This document shows, in pieces, positions 1 to 10,400 of a stretch of 47,572 bases of DNA. Below the pieces are notes generated by a model. It was given only the letters and a program-made list of their open reading frames with translations, was not told where the DNA came from and did not search any database. Position numbers and translations under genes: made by a program. The stretch comes from Candidatus Saccharimonadales bacterium (lineage in GTDB: Bacteria; Patescibacteriota; Saccharimonadia; Saccharimonadales; JAXHNE01). Where the stretch lies: NCBI GenBank assembly GCA_041600755.1, contig JBFIJL010000005.1, positions 1 through 47,572 on the forward strand. Direction: 5' to 3'. Position 1 is the stretch's first letter. Each line of letters opens with the position of its first letter.

Positions 1-1
1 T

Positions 2-2977
2 ACAGCTGACCAGACAGAGATTAACAACGCCCTTACAGCAGCAAGCGGCGGCAAAGTTCTCTTGTTGGCGGGAACCTACGTAGCCGATGGAACTATCCTA
101 ATCCCGAACAACACTACTCTTTCGGGCACGGGGAATGGAACTGTTGTTCAGCTTGTTGGTGCAGTTAACGATAATCTTATTGAAAACAGTGACACTACAT
201 CAGGAACGGGAGTTACTATACGTGATATCCGACTAGATGGAAGTTTAGGGACTGGAACTAATCAACGTGGAATTGCGTTGAATAATCTTGGTGCAGGTTC
301 TGGTTCATCTGCAAGGAGTGGTGGCGCAGTTATGTCTGTTATTGTTGAGGGCTTTGAGGGCACTGGAATAAGGATAAGTGCTTCGAACAATAACCTCATT
401 AGCGGCAACGTGTCGAGAGACAACACTAACGGATTTGGTGTCGATACAGGTTCAAGCCACAACACGATCGTTGGAAATATTTCACAGGGCAACGATGACG
501 GCTTTGCAGTTGGAGGTAGTTATAATACTTTCGCAAATAATACTGTCCAAGGAAATACAGCTAGCGGGTTCAACCTGAGCTCCACTAATAACAATGTGAT
601 TAATGGCAATACGGTCGCCGACAACGGAGCGGGGACAGCCAATAACGGGATAGTTCTTACAAGTTCTGACAATAACAAGATTACCAATAACTACATCACC
701 GATACCCAATGCGACACCACCTGCTATGCCATTAATATTGATGCGGACAGCGACAATAACTACCTAGCCGACAACCACTACACCGACACTGATGTTGATG
801 ACGACAGTACTATTAATGATGCAGGCACTGGAACCATCTATGGTGGACAGCAGTCTGGCGCATCTGGAGATTTCACCATCCAGCCAGCCGGTAGTATCTT
901 ACTCACTGGCGATACTGACATCACTGGTGCTTTGAGTGTTACAGATGGCATAACTATCGACGGTGCGGTCACCGACATCACTACCGGCACCAATCAAGAC
1001 CTCACAGTTATAGCCAATGGAACAGGCATCATCAACCTAAATGACACAGTACGCATAGGTACACTTGGCGCCGTAACGGGTGACAGCGCCACAGTCTGTC
1101 GCGACACAGTAACTGGTCTGCTTACCGCCTGTGATGCCAACACAACTGGCACTCCATTCCTGCAAGGTGGGAATAGCTTTGGCGACGTGGCAACACTTGG
1201 AACAAACGACACCGAAGATCTAAATGTTATCACTGACGGCAATATACGATTCATTGTTCAGGCAGACGGCGACATAGCGTTCAACACAGACACATTGTTT
1301 GTGGACGCACAAGACGGTCAAGTAGGTATTGGAACGGCTACGCCAAACTCCACCTTTGATGTAGTTGGTACAGAAGCTGATGGCTCATATGTTGCAAGTT
1401 TCCAAAATACCACCGCAGGAGGCGATATAATACGCGCTTTGAATTCTAGCGGTGCCAACATCTTCGAGGTTGACCAGTCAGGTTCAGGCCATGCAATACT
1501 CAGGCTCTACAACGGTTCAGGCACCACAATAATGAATATTCAGGCAGCCGGAGACTCACACCTAACTCCAAGCGCTGGCAATGGCTTTAGTATCGGTACG
1601 ACCAGCAATAATGGAGCAAAGCTTGAAGTTGATACTGATCCTGCCGAAAATCTCATTGCATTACTGATAACCCAAGATGACACCACCAATAATAACGCTG
1701 CACTTCGAATCGATAACAGGGGAACAGGCAACAGTTTAGAAGTTATAGATAATGGAACAGCAACTCCTGTGCTTGGTATCGGCGCTACTGGAAATGCATC
1801 CTTCCAGAACTCTACAGATCAAGCGAATGCTTTCCAGATACTTAATGCTGCTGGAGATGACATATTATCTGTCGATACCACTGACAGAAAAGTAATAATC
1901 GGTGATTATCCAACCGAAACAGCTGGCTCGATCACTGGTCAACTTCAGGTTCGACCAGTAAATGATGGTCGAGTAGGCATTGTGGTTAGTCAGTTCTCTG
2001 GCAGTGCAACCGGCGATTTCATACAAGGTCGAAACAGCTCCGATGGGCAAATATATTTTGCAATTGATGCATCTGGAGGTGCAGTGTTTAACGAACAGGG
2101 ATTTGCGACAGGAAACTTCAGGGTCGAGGGCGACACTAATAACAATCTACTTTACGCCGATGCTGCTAATGACCGCGTAAGCGTAGGTGATGCAACGCCA
2201 GACTATAAATTCGAAGTACAGGGAACTTCTGGGAATGGCTACTTTGGAATCAGTAGCAGTGATGTTGATACGGCCAATATATTTAGCATAAATAGTACAG
2301 GTCGAGTGTTTGTTGGAACTGTAGCCAACGCCGATGTTGCAACTAGCAAGCTGTACGTTGAGGGCGATACTCAATTAGAGGGTATTACTAGAGTGGGTAA
2401 TGCAACTAACTACGCCGAATTCGCAGCCAGTGGTCAGCTAAGATTTACTGGAACCGCTCGAAACAGCCGCCAGGTACTGCTCGCTCCAGAGTTCTCCGGT
2501 GCAACATTAACTGGCGATGGCACCAACAACGTTGGTGTGATGACTTCTGATTTTTGTAGCAATAGTAGCCCAGCTATAAATACGGGTGTCTGTGCGGCCT
2601 CAAATGAACGACACAACTATTACAATTGGACAGCCAATGCCACAAACGACTACTCAATATTCCTTAAATGGCGAGTTCCAAGCGACTACAGTGCCCTAGA
2701 AAGCGGTACGCCAATTCAGTTCTATGGAACTCGCTCGAGCAGCTCTGCAGGAACCTCAGTAACACTAACGTTACTCAATTCTGCAACTGGGGCAACTTGT
2801 GGTGTCGCAACTCCGATTACCAATACGACCGCCTGGACTATAACGACATATAACACGACTGGCTGTACGTTGACCAAAAACCAGGAGATGATCTGGCGAG
2901 CCGATCTTTCTGTTGGCGTGAATGCCGAGTCGGCTCGAATGGGTGAGATCTACTTTAATTACCTGGCGGACTTCTAA
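2..2977 (+). CDS. Large surface protein with right-handed parallel beta-helix (pectate-lyase/NosD-like) region and fibre-like repeats; 5'-truncated by the window edge
   Basis: Frame is open from nt 2 (TADQTEINNALTAASGGKVLLLAGTY), upstream of the listed start at 62. It has Asn-rich beta-helix repeats (NNLISGN, HNTIVGN, YNTFANN, NNVINGN), a QGGNSFG..LGT motif and a GQVGIGTATP fibre-type motif. Confidence 0.75.
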   Translation, partial: TADQTEINNALTAASGGKVLLLAGTYVADGTILIPNNTTLSGTGNGTVVQLVGAVNDNLIENSDTTSGTGVTIRDIRLDGSLGTGTNQRGIALNNLGAGSGSSARSGGAVMSVIVEGFEGTGIRISASNNNLISGNVSRDNTNGFGVDTGSSHNTIVGNISQGNDDGFAVGGSYNTFANNTVQGNTASGFNLSSTNNNVINGNTVADNGAGTANNGIVLTSSDNNKITNNYITDTQCDTTCYAINIDADSDNNYLADNHYTDTDVDDDSTINDAGTGTIYGGQQSGASGDFTIQPAGSILLTGDTDITGALSVTDGITIDGAVTDITTGTNQDLTVIANGTGIINLNDTVRIGTLGAVTGDSATVCRDTVTGLLTACDANTTGTPFLQGGNSFGDVATLGTNDTEDLNVITDGNIRFIVQADGDIAFNTDTLFVDAQDGQVGIGTATPNSTFDVVGTEADGSYVASFQNTTAGGDIIRALNSSGANIFEVDQSGSGHAILRLYNGSGTTIMNIQAAGDSHLTPSAGNGFSIGTTSNNGAKLEVDTDPAENLIALLITQDDTTNNNAALRIDNRGTGNSLEVIDNGTATPVLGIGATGNASFQNSTDQANAFQILNAAGDDILSVDTTDRKVIIGDYPTETAGSITGQLQVRPVNDGRVGIVVSQFSGSATGDFIQGRNSSDGQIYFAIDASGGAVFNEQGFATGNFRVEGDTNNNLLYADAANDRVSVGDATPDYKFEVQGTSGNGYFGISSSDVDTANIFSINSTGRVFVGTVANADVATSKLYVEGDTQLEGITRVGNATNYAEFAASGQLRFTGTARNSRQVLLAPEFSGATLTGDGTNNVGVMTSDFCSNSSPAINTGVCAASNERHNYYNWTANATNDYSIFLKWRVPSDYSALESGTPIQFYGTRSSSSAGTSVTLTLLNSATGATCGVATPITNTTAWTITTYNTTGCTLTKNQEMIWRADLSVGVNAESARMGEIYFNYLADF

Positions 2978-2979
2978 CC

Positions 2980-3168
2980 ATGACTATGCTACACGCCTAC
3001 CACCAGGATAAAGACATGAACCTAACCGCAGTGCAGGTTTCTCAGCAAGATGCCTTGCGTCCACGAAGAGACAAGAACAGAAAGCACAACTATCCAAAGA
3101 CGCGCAAAAAACGCACCATAGATTATGGCAAAAAGATAGAAAACGACGACTTTATTTTTGAAGTCTAG
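2980..3168 (+). CDS. Possible small basic hypothetical protein (62 aa)
   Basis: ATG lies 2 nt after the upstream stop and the ORF fills the gap before the next promoter. K/R-rich; no recognised family. Confidence 0.3.
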   Translation: MTMLHAYHQDKDMNLTAVQVSQQDALRPRRDKNRKHNYPKTRKKRTIDYGKKIENDDFIFEV

Positions 3169-3210
3169 TTTCGTAAAATTTGAAGCATAAATGGTATACT
3201 GTCCCCAGAT

Positions 3211-5709
3211 ATGAGAGGGAAGAAACAGCCGATGCTTGCAAAGCCACAACAAGCCTACAAGTCTATGCGACTATTTGCCAACCGAACGCTTTTGGCGACT
3301 CTTTCGCTCACTCTAGCCTCGGCAAATATACTGTTTGTGTTTGTGCATCCAGAAAAAGTTGATGCAGCACCAGTGACGTATGTTGCATCGGCAAGCGCAA
3401 CAAGCGGAGTGGGTACTTCAATATTAATAAACAAACCAACAGGAACAGTTGAAAATGATGTGCTCGTAGCTACTGTGGCATTCGTAGGATCTAGTGGATA
3501 TACAGTGAGCCCACCTGGAGGCGGCGGCTGGACGTTAATTAAAGACGTCAGTACATCGGGGTATTATCCTGGCAAAACATACTACAAAGTTGCTGGATCA
3601 AGCGAGCCTGCTAGCTATACATTTACGGTAAGTTCATCAACAAATGCAGGCGTAGGGGGGATTGTAAGCTATCGTAATGTGAACACGTCAAGCCCAATTG
3701 ATGGCAATTCCGCGTTGGCAAGCGGAAGTTCTTCAACTCACGTCGCTCCTGCGACCACAACAACGGCTTCAGAAACAAGAACTGTTGTTATATACAATCA
3801 ATCAACAGTTGGCACTGGACTTAATATGAGCTGGACGGCTACTACACCTTCTACGATGTCCGAAAGAGTGGACACCTACGGTAATTTCAGTACATCGTAC
3901 ATAGGGCTAGGTTTCTATGATATATCGCAGAATGATGCTGGAGCGATGGCTACTAAGACCGCAACGTCAACACGGAGCTCAAGTTATACTGCGTTTCAGT
4001 TTGCGCTTGTACCAGCCGACCCTACTAGGATGTTGCTGTATTGGGATGGTGGGGCCGCACCATCTGGCTGGAGTTTTGTGTCAGAAGCAAATGATAAGTT
4101 CATAAGAGGTGAATCGCCAGCTAATTATGGCCTAACTGGAGGGGCGGCCACTCATGCAACGACCGCCAGCGTGACTGTCGGCCCCGCAGATACTGGTAGT
4201 CAGGGTGGTGTTCGTGGCGGTACCGCAGACAGTGCTGCAACAGCCCATACCCACACTGCCACCGCCAGTATTGGTTCGGCAAATAATCTTCCAGCATATA
4301 GGACATTAAGGCTTATGAGATTTGATGCAGGAATTCCCAATAATATTCCTGCGGGTGCAATTGCACTTTTTGATGATAGCCCAGGCATTATTCCGCCACA
4401 GTTTACGCGTTATTCGGCTCAGGATGGATCGTTTGTTAGATCTGCATCCACCTCTGGCTCAACAGGAGGATCGAATACTCACACGCATACGATTACCTGG
4501 AGTAGCCTTGCTGCCTCTGCGGGCGAAGTCAGAAGGACTGCTCCATTATTTCTAAATAACTCAGTCGCCAGTAATGCACATACCCATAATGCCCCTGCTG
4601 CCACCACGACTAGTACCAATGGCACGTCAGCCGCAGACTGTGAAGTGGAGCCGGTTGGAGATAGCTGCTTGCCACCTTACGTGAATAGTATACTCGCTAA
4701 AGCCAATGAAGATACGCCAACACTCTCTATAGGTATTACGGCGATGTTTGACGCTGATCCCGGGGGTGGCTGGGTTGTTAGATCTGATTCAGGAGGATCG
4801 TACTATCAAAAATTTATGCGTGGAAGTGCGTCTTACGACGAAGTGTGTGGTCAGCTAGGTATTGGTGACGGGACCTGTGGAGAAGCAGAGCATACTCACG
4901 TCAATGCAACGACAACCAGTACGAACAACAACGGGGGTGGCTCTAATGCACTGCTCGGTTTAGGTTCGGTCGCATCTCCCCACAATCACGTCATGACAGC
5001 TGCTTTTAATCCAGCAAACAATATTCCAGAATACTACAATGTTGTTGTGGCAGAAAAAATTAACTTTATTCAGCATCAGTATCGATGGTTTGTGGATTCG
5101 GATTTAGCCGATGTGACTGATCCGTGGTCTAGCCAAGATATCCCGCAGAATACAGCGATTACGGTTGTGCCGGTGGCGAATGATGCGCCTCGTGCTAACA
5201 GGGAGTTGAGGTTGCGTACACAGATTCTTGTAGGAAATAACGACCTTGCAGCCAATGGAATCGAGTTTAAATTACAGTACAAGCTTGGTACTGATGGACT
5301 ATGCACTACAGGCAGCTGGCAGGATATAGGTGACCCTGGAAGCGGGCTACCTTGGCGATATGCAGCATCTAGTGTAGCGAACGGGGCGGACTTAAACGCA
5401 TTCCCAAGCAGGATCAATAGTCCAACATCGAATGTTATGCAGATATATGTCAAGGATGCCGGTGCAGGAACCAATCCGCGAGCCGTTAGCGTTGGGCAGT
5501 ATGCAGAATATGATTTTCATATCATGCATAACGGTGCAGATGGCTCAAGTCGGTATAGCTTTAGGATGGTGGAGGACAGTGGTATTTTGTTGAGTCAATA
5601 CGATAGTTGTCCGACTCTTGTAGCATTTCCGGACACCGAAGATCAGTTACGACATGGTAACTTCTTCGAGAATGGACTTGGAGAGACTGGATTCTCATGG
5701 TCAGACTAA
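3211..5709 (+). CDS. Secreted Ser/Thr/Gly-rich protein with three phage tail-collar-like / HxH fibre units
   Basis: Signal-peptide-like N-terminus ending V-D-A. Three units of the form (P.GW)...F.R...GG..THxH...HxH...NxxPxY. TGG-TATACT (-10 at 3195-3200) upstream. Confidence 0.75.
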   Translation: MRGKKQPMLAKPQQAYKSMRLFANRTLLATLSLTLASANILFVFVHPEKVDAAPVTYVASASATSGVGTSILINKPTGTVENDVLVATVAFVGSSGYTVSPPGGGGWTLIKDVSTSGYYPGKTYYKVAGSSEPASYTFTVSSSTNAGVGGIVSYRNVNTSSPIDGNSALASGSSSTHVAPATTTTASETRTVVIYNQSTVGTGLNMSWTATTPSTMSERVDTYGNFSTSYIGLGFYDISQNDAGAMATKTATSTRSSSYTAFQFALVPADPTRMLLYWDGGAAPSGWSFVSEANDKFIRGESPANYGLTGGAATHATTASVTVGPADTGSQGGVRGGTADSAATAHTHTATASIGSANNLPAYRTLRLMRFDAGIPNNIPAGAIALFDDSPGIIPPQFTRYSAQDGSFVRSASTSGSTGGSNTHTHTITWSSLAASAGEVRRTAPLFLNNSVASNAHTHNAPAATTTSTNGTSAADCEVEPVGDSCLPPYVNSILAKANEDTPTLSIGITAMFDADPGGGWVVRSDSGGSYYQKFMRGSASYDEVCGQLGIGDGTCGEAEHTHVNATTTSTNNNGGGSNALLGLGSVASPHNHVMTAAFNPANNIPEYYNVVVAEKINFIQHQYRWFVDSDLADVTDPWSSQDIPQNTAITVVPVANDAPRANRELRLRTQILVGNNDLAANGIEFKLQYKLGTDGLCTTGSWQDIGDPGSGLPWRYAASSVANGADLNAFPSRINSPTSNVMQIYVKDAGAGTNPRAVSVGQYAEYDFHIMHNGADGSSRYSFRMVEDSGILLSQYDSCPTLVAFPDTEDQLRHGNFFENGLGETGFSWSD

Positions 5710-6428
5710 GCGTATCGAGAGCAAAACTACGCAAAGTCGTAGACTGGCTGCCAGCGATACTGATTAGTCTTGTGATCGTCGGAGCGTACCACACCCAGAT
5801 ATATGCAAATCGTGCACCAAGTAGTTCTGAGCTTGCAGCTTATCTGTCTGGCGGGGGGCAAGTTAGAGGCGGGAGCATCTCCACTAGAGGCTATCAGCAA
5901 GTTTACTACATGTTTAATGGTGGTGTGTACTACCTGACAGATGGTCCGGAAAATCGACGAAATGTATCAATTTCAGGAAGATATATCGCTTGGGAAAAAG
6001 AAGTAAATGGCAGAGGTCAGATTGCCGTTCATGACTTGCTCACTGGTACGAGCCGTATGGTGACTAGTACTGGAGCCAACCAGTTTCCACGCGTTGATCA
6101 GTTTGGGAATATCGCTTGGGAGCGCTGGGACGGTGGAGTGTATCAAGTTATATACTATTCCTATCAGAACAACTCTCTTTCCAAAATTTCAGATTCCGAA
6201 AGAGGCGGCATTCGGCCTACTGTTTTAGGCAATAGAGTAGCGTATGCCACACAGGAGGCCGACATGAGCTGGTCTGTAACGGAGGTGGATGTGGTTACTG
6301 GAGATAGATTTTCAATACTAACTGGCAGAATCTCAACAGACGCATGGCCACAGTATCAGTCTCAAACGGAGCTAACAACGGACTTGAGTCAATTCAAAAA
6401 GCTCGTCGAACCTCTTATTCAGCAGTAA
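5697..6428 (+). CDS. Membrane-anchored TolB-like / beta-propeller repeat protein
   Basis: N-terminal TM segment; repeats SISGRYIAWE...QIAVHDL, QFPRVDQFGNIAWE, PTVLGNRVAY. Confidence 0.6.
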   Translation: MVRLSVSRAKLRKVVDWLPAILISLVIVGAYHTQIYANRAPSSSELAAYLSGGGQVRGGSISTRGYQQVYYMFNGGVYYLTDGPENRRNVSISGRYIAWEKEVNGRGQIAVHDLLTGTSRMVTSTGANQFPRVDQFGNIAWERWDGGVYQVIYYSYQNNSLSKISDSERGGIRPTVLGNRVAYATQEADMSWSVTEVDVVTGDRFSILTGRISTDAWPQYQSQTELTTDLSQFKKLVEPLIQQ

Positions 6429-7209
6429 TTTTATCTATAATAGCTTGGATTTGTGGCGATGAATTGGGGTTAGCCTTTGACTGTAGAATGTTTGACAGTT
6501 CCACGATCGATTCACTTTTCAAGGCATCATAGTCGCTCTTACAGGTGTTAATGTGATCAGCAGTTGTGTTTTCAAAACATTTCAGGACATGCTGAACTGC
6601 GGATTTAGTCGTTGCCGATAATGTGTAGGCGACGACGTTAGGAATTTCGACAGTACTTCCATCGGGTAGCTGATACCATTTCTGTGCATTATATTTTCTA
6701 TCGCTTTCACCAAATGATTTGAGCGCGGATATTGCAGTCGAAAGACGCTCTTCTTTGGTAGTAGTCACTGCCTCTGACTGCTGCAGATCAAAGACTGGGC
6801 TATAGGCTAAAATTGGATCTATGAACTCCCTGAACCCTAGAAATTCAAGATAGGTGCGCCGTGTATGATCAACCAACTGCTCGTAGTCGTTCTGGCTAAT
6901 GCCTATTGTATTGAGGTCGCTAGCGGCAAGATCGAAACTTCTATTGATACTGGATAACCTATCAGTTAAGGCAATTGCAGTATTGTACGACTCGGAAGAG
7001 TCGACAGCGAGACTATCAAGTTCATGAGTAAGTAGTGCATATTCCTGTAAGGTGTCGATGAACTGTTGTTTGGTGCGGGAGTTCCCTTCATTCTTGCTCT
7101 CGATGTAGCTCGGCACGATAATGAAACCAGCGTACACTACTGCAAGGACAGTTACGCATGCGGCGCTACGAAGCAGATGGCGAGTGAAGCTCTTTTTATT
7201 AAATTTCAT
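6415..7209 (-). CDS. Hypothetical membrane-anchored protein
   Basis: 264-aa ORF with basic N-terminus plus TM helix, helical body and a Cys pair near the C-terminus. Confidence 0.7.
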   Translation of the reverse strand: MKFNKKSFTRHLLRSAACVTVLAVVYAGFIIVPSYIESKNEGNSRTKQQFIDTLQEYALLTHELDSLAVDSSESYNTAIALTDRLSSINRSFDLAASDLNTIGISQNDYEQLVDHTRRTYLEFLGFREFIDPILAYSPVFDLQQSEAVTTTKEERLSTAISALKSFGESDRKYNAQKWYQLPDGSTVEIPNVVAYTLSATTKSAVQHVLKCFENTTADHINTCKSDYDALKSESIVELSNILQSKANPNSSPQIQAIIDKITAE

Positions 7210-7403
7210 ATAAGAAGTCTAGCACAAAAGCATAAGTATTATGCTACTAGCATTATACGGTTAGTTTGGATGGCGTGGTTCGAGTTGAGGATTGCATCAA
7301 ACCAGGGGTGAAAAGCTTTGCATTGCGTACAGTTACGAGGTAAAATAGAGCCAGATCTAACAAAACAAAAAGATCAAAACAAACATACAAAACGGAACAA
7401 TCA

Positions 7404-10400
7404 ATGACTGACCGAGTGATTGCTCGAAATATTGTGCGACATTGGATGCGCTTAGCTTCCAGGGTATCTCTAACCACTTTGGGTAGGGGTTTTGTTTGTT
7501 TAGTTTTACTTTTGGTTCTTGTTTCTTATACGCGCGTATATACACCTACGCGCGTGTATGCTGCAACTGCCGATACTCTAAATTTTCAAGCTCGGGTTTA
7601 TGATTCAGCTGGCAATACTGCTGTGGACGGTAGCTACTCAATTTCGTTTAAGCTCTACGAGGCCGCATCTGGTGGTGCTAGTGTCTGGACCGAAACACAA
7701 GGGGCTGTGAATTTAAAAAATGGCTACTTTAGCGTAGAACTTGCATCTGTTACGCCATTTGGAGGCGGTATAGATTGGTCGCAGGAAAAGTGGCTAACAA
7801 TGAACATTAACGGCGATGGCGAAATGAATCCGCGACTCAAGCTCACCGCCACTCCGTACTCCTTGCTTTCCGAGCAGGCAAACACCTTAAGCGATGGCCT
7901 GGGTGGTGCACTCGCTGCCAACGAGTTAGTGCAGTTAACTCCGGGCACGCCACAGGCAGTTGCTAGCGCGCTTGCGGCACTTCGTATAAATCAAACTGGT
8001 GGTGGATTACTAGCTCAGCTCCAGGGCGACAGCATTGATTCATTCACTATTGCTAAGAATGGAGACGTAACTTCAACTGGAAGTGGAACTTTTGCTGGTG
8101 GAATTAAGATTGCCGGAATATCGGTTTTGACGAGTGGACGAGAATTGCAGAATATTACAGGGCTTACAATTGTGTCTGGAGGGGCAGGCATCACTGGCGG
8201 CATCGATAATAACAGCGGTGGAATTACAAATGCTGGTGCCATCAGTGGTATAACGGGTGTCACTTTCACGAGTGGTAATCTGAACCTCGCAAACGGCGGC
8301 ATTGTTAATGCAGGCAGCATTGCCGGGGCTACTACGATTGTAGCCAGCGACAACATCAATACAACCGGTGGATCTCTTTTGACGAATAGCATAGCCCGTA
8401 TTGCAAATAACGGAGCATTGCAAAATGTGACTGGCGACAATAGTAATGGCGTGAGTCTTAATGCGAACACAATTACTGGCGGAACGCTTTCTGCGGCACG
8501 AGGCGGTACGGGTGTTGACGGTTCAGCTGCGGCTAATGGACAGCTACTTATCGGAAATGGTTCTGGATATACTCTGTCCACGCTCACTGCTGGCAGCGGT
8601 GTGAATATCGTAAATAGCCCAGGAGCGATAGCGATAGCCGCAATACTTGGCGACAGTATTAGTACTGCCGAAATTGAGAACTCTGCCGTCACGACTGCCA
8701 AGATTGCAGACGGAAATGTGACTAACACTAAGCTTGCAAACAGTTCACTGACAGTAAATTCTGGAACTGGATTGAGCGGCGGTGGGCTAGTGAGTTTGGG
8801 TGATAGTATTACATTGAACCTGGACGATACTGCCGTGACGGCTGGTTCGTATGGTTCGACGAGCAGTGTTGCAACCTTCACAGTTGACGCGCAAGGCAGA
8901 TTAACTGCAGCCGGCACAACAACACTTGCCAATACCGCCCTACAAAACAGTAGCTTTAGTCTTATATACGGCAGTGCAAATTTGAGCGGTGATGCAAACG
9001 TCTCACTGGGCGGAACGCTTAACATTGATTTTAGCGACAATCCGTCATTTACGACACTCACGACTTCCGGGGCAATCACCGCGGCAACATCCACAAACAC
9101 AATCAATGGTCTTGTTATTAATAGCGGTGCGCTTAGTGGTGTAACTGGCATAGCGTTCACCAGTGGCAGTCTTAATCTTAATGGTGGTGATTTAACAAAT
9201 GGCGGAACTCTAACTGGCGTGACAATTAATGCAACCTCCGGATTTCAGCACAATGGCACCAATGGTCGTACTCTGAATTGTAGCTCAACTGAAGGAATTG
9301 AGGATGTCGAGATTCGTGGCGGAATAGTAATAACCTCAGCTTGTAGAGGTTTTGGTTTGTCGGATTCGGGACTAAAGGAAAATGTTACAAGTCTTAGTAG
9401 CTCTGTTCTCGATGACATTCGAGATGTAAATGTCGTTAATTTTGATTTTGACTGTACGAATTCAATTTTTGTTCAAAACGGAGGAACCTACTCATGCGAT
9501 AACAGTACACAGACAGGTGTAATCGCACAGCAACTTGAAGCTATATTCCCTGATCTTGTGTTCACGGGCGACGACGGCTATAAGCGTGTTCGCTACGAGG
9601 GCCTTGCAATGTATAACCTTAAGGCCGTTCAAGAGCTGGCAAGTCTTGTGGATTCTTCAGGCAATTACGACATAAATTCAGTTAGCACTAACGGCGTGTT
9701 GCGACTGTCGAGTACAGGCGAGCTAACAAACATTAATGGCCTGACAGTTTCTTCGGGCGGTGCTTCGATTACTGGCGGTATCGATAACAATACTGGTGGC
9801 ATTACAGAGGCTGGGGCGGTTAGTGGCGTAGCAGGTCTGACATTCGCGAGTGGAGCTTTGAATCTTAATAACGGCGGAGTTACCAACACCGGAAGTATTG
9901 CTGGCGCAACTAGCATAACTGCAAGCGATACGTTGAATCTAACTGCTGGAGTTTTGCAAACAAACAGCGTTACACGCCTAACCAATGCGGGCGCCCTACA
10001 GAACATTACAACAATTAGCGCTTCCGGCGCCATAGCTGCTGCAACCACCACCAACACTATTAATGGCCTTGTTATTAATAGTGGTGCGCTTAGTGGTGTA
10101 ACTGGATTTGCTCAAACTAGCGGCAACTTTACTCAATCTGGATCTGGAACCTTTGCAACCGGCACAGGCCAGAACACATTGAATGGGCTCACAAGTTTAA
10201 CTGGCAATACAACAATCACCGGCTCTAACACATTTACTGTTGGGTCTGGGCTGACGACATTAGGGGGCGGGCTTACGCTCACAGGAACTACAACAATTAA
10301 TCCAAGTGGAAGTGCAGCAGTTTCTATTGGTAATGCATCCACGCCACTGTCGATTGCATCATCGGGGCTTAGTGTTGCGACGAGCGGCAACTTAAAAACA

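Noticed and set aside
7527-7555. 14-bp palindrome TATACGCGCGTATA and a repeated tacgcgcgt
   Set aside because: Lies within the signal-peptide coding region (YTRVYTPTRVY micro-duplication); no evidence of a separate function.
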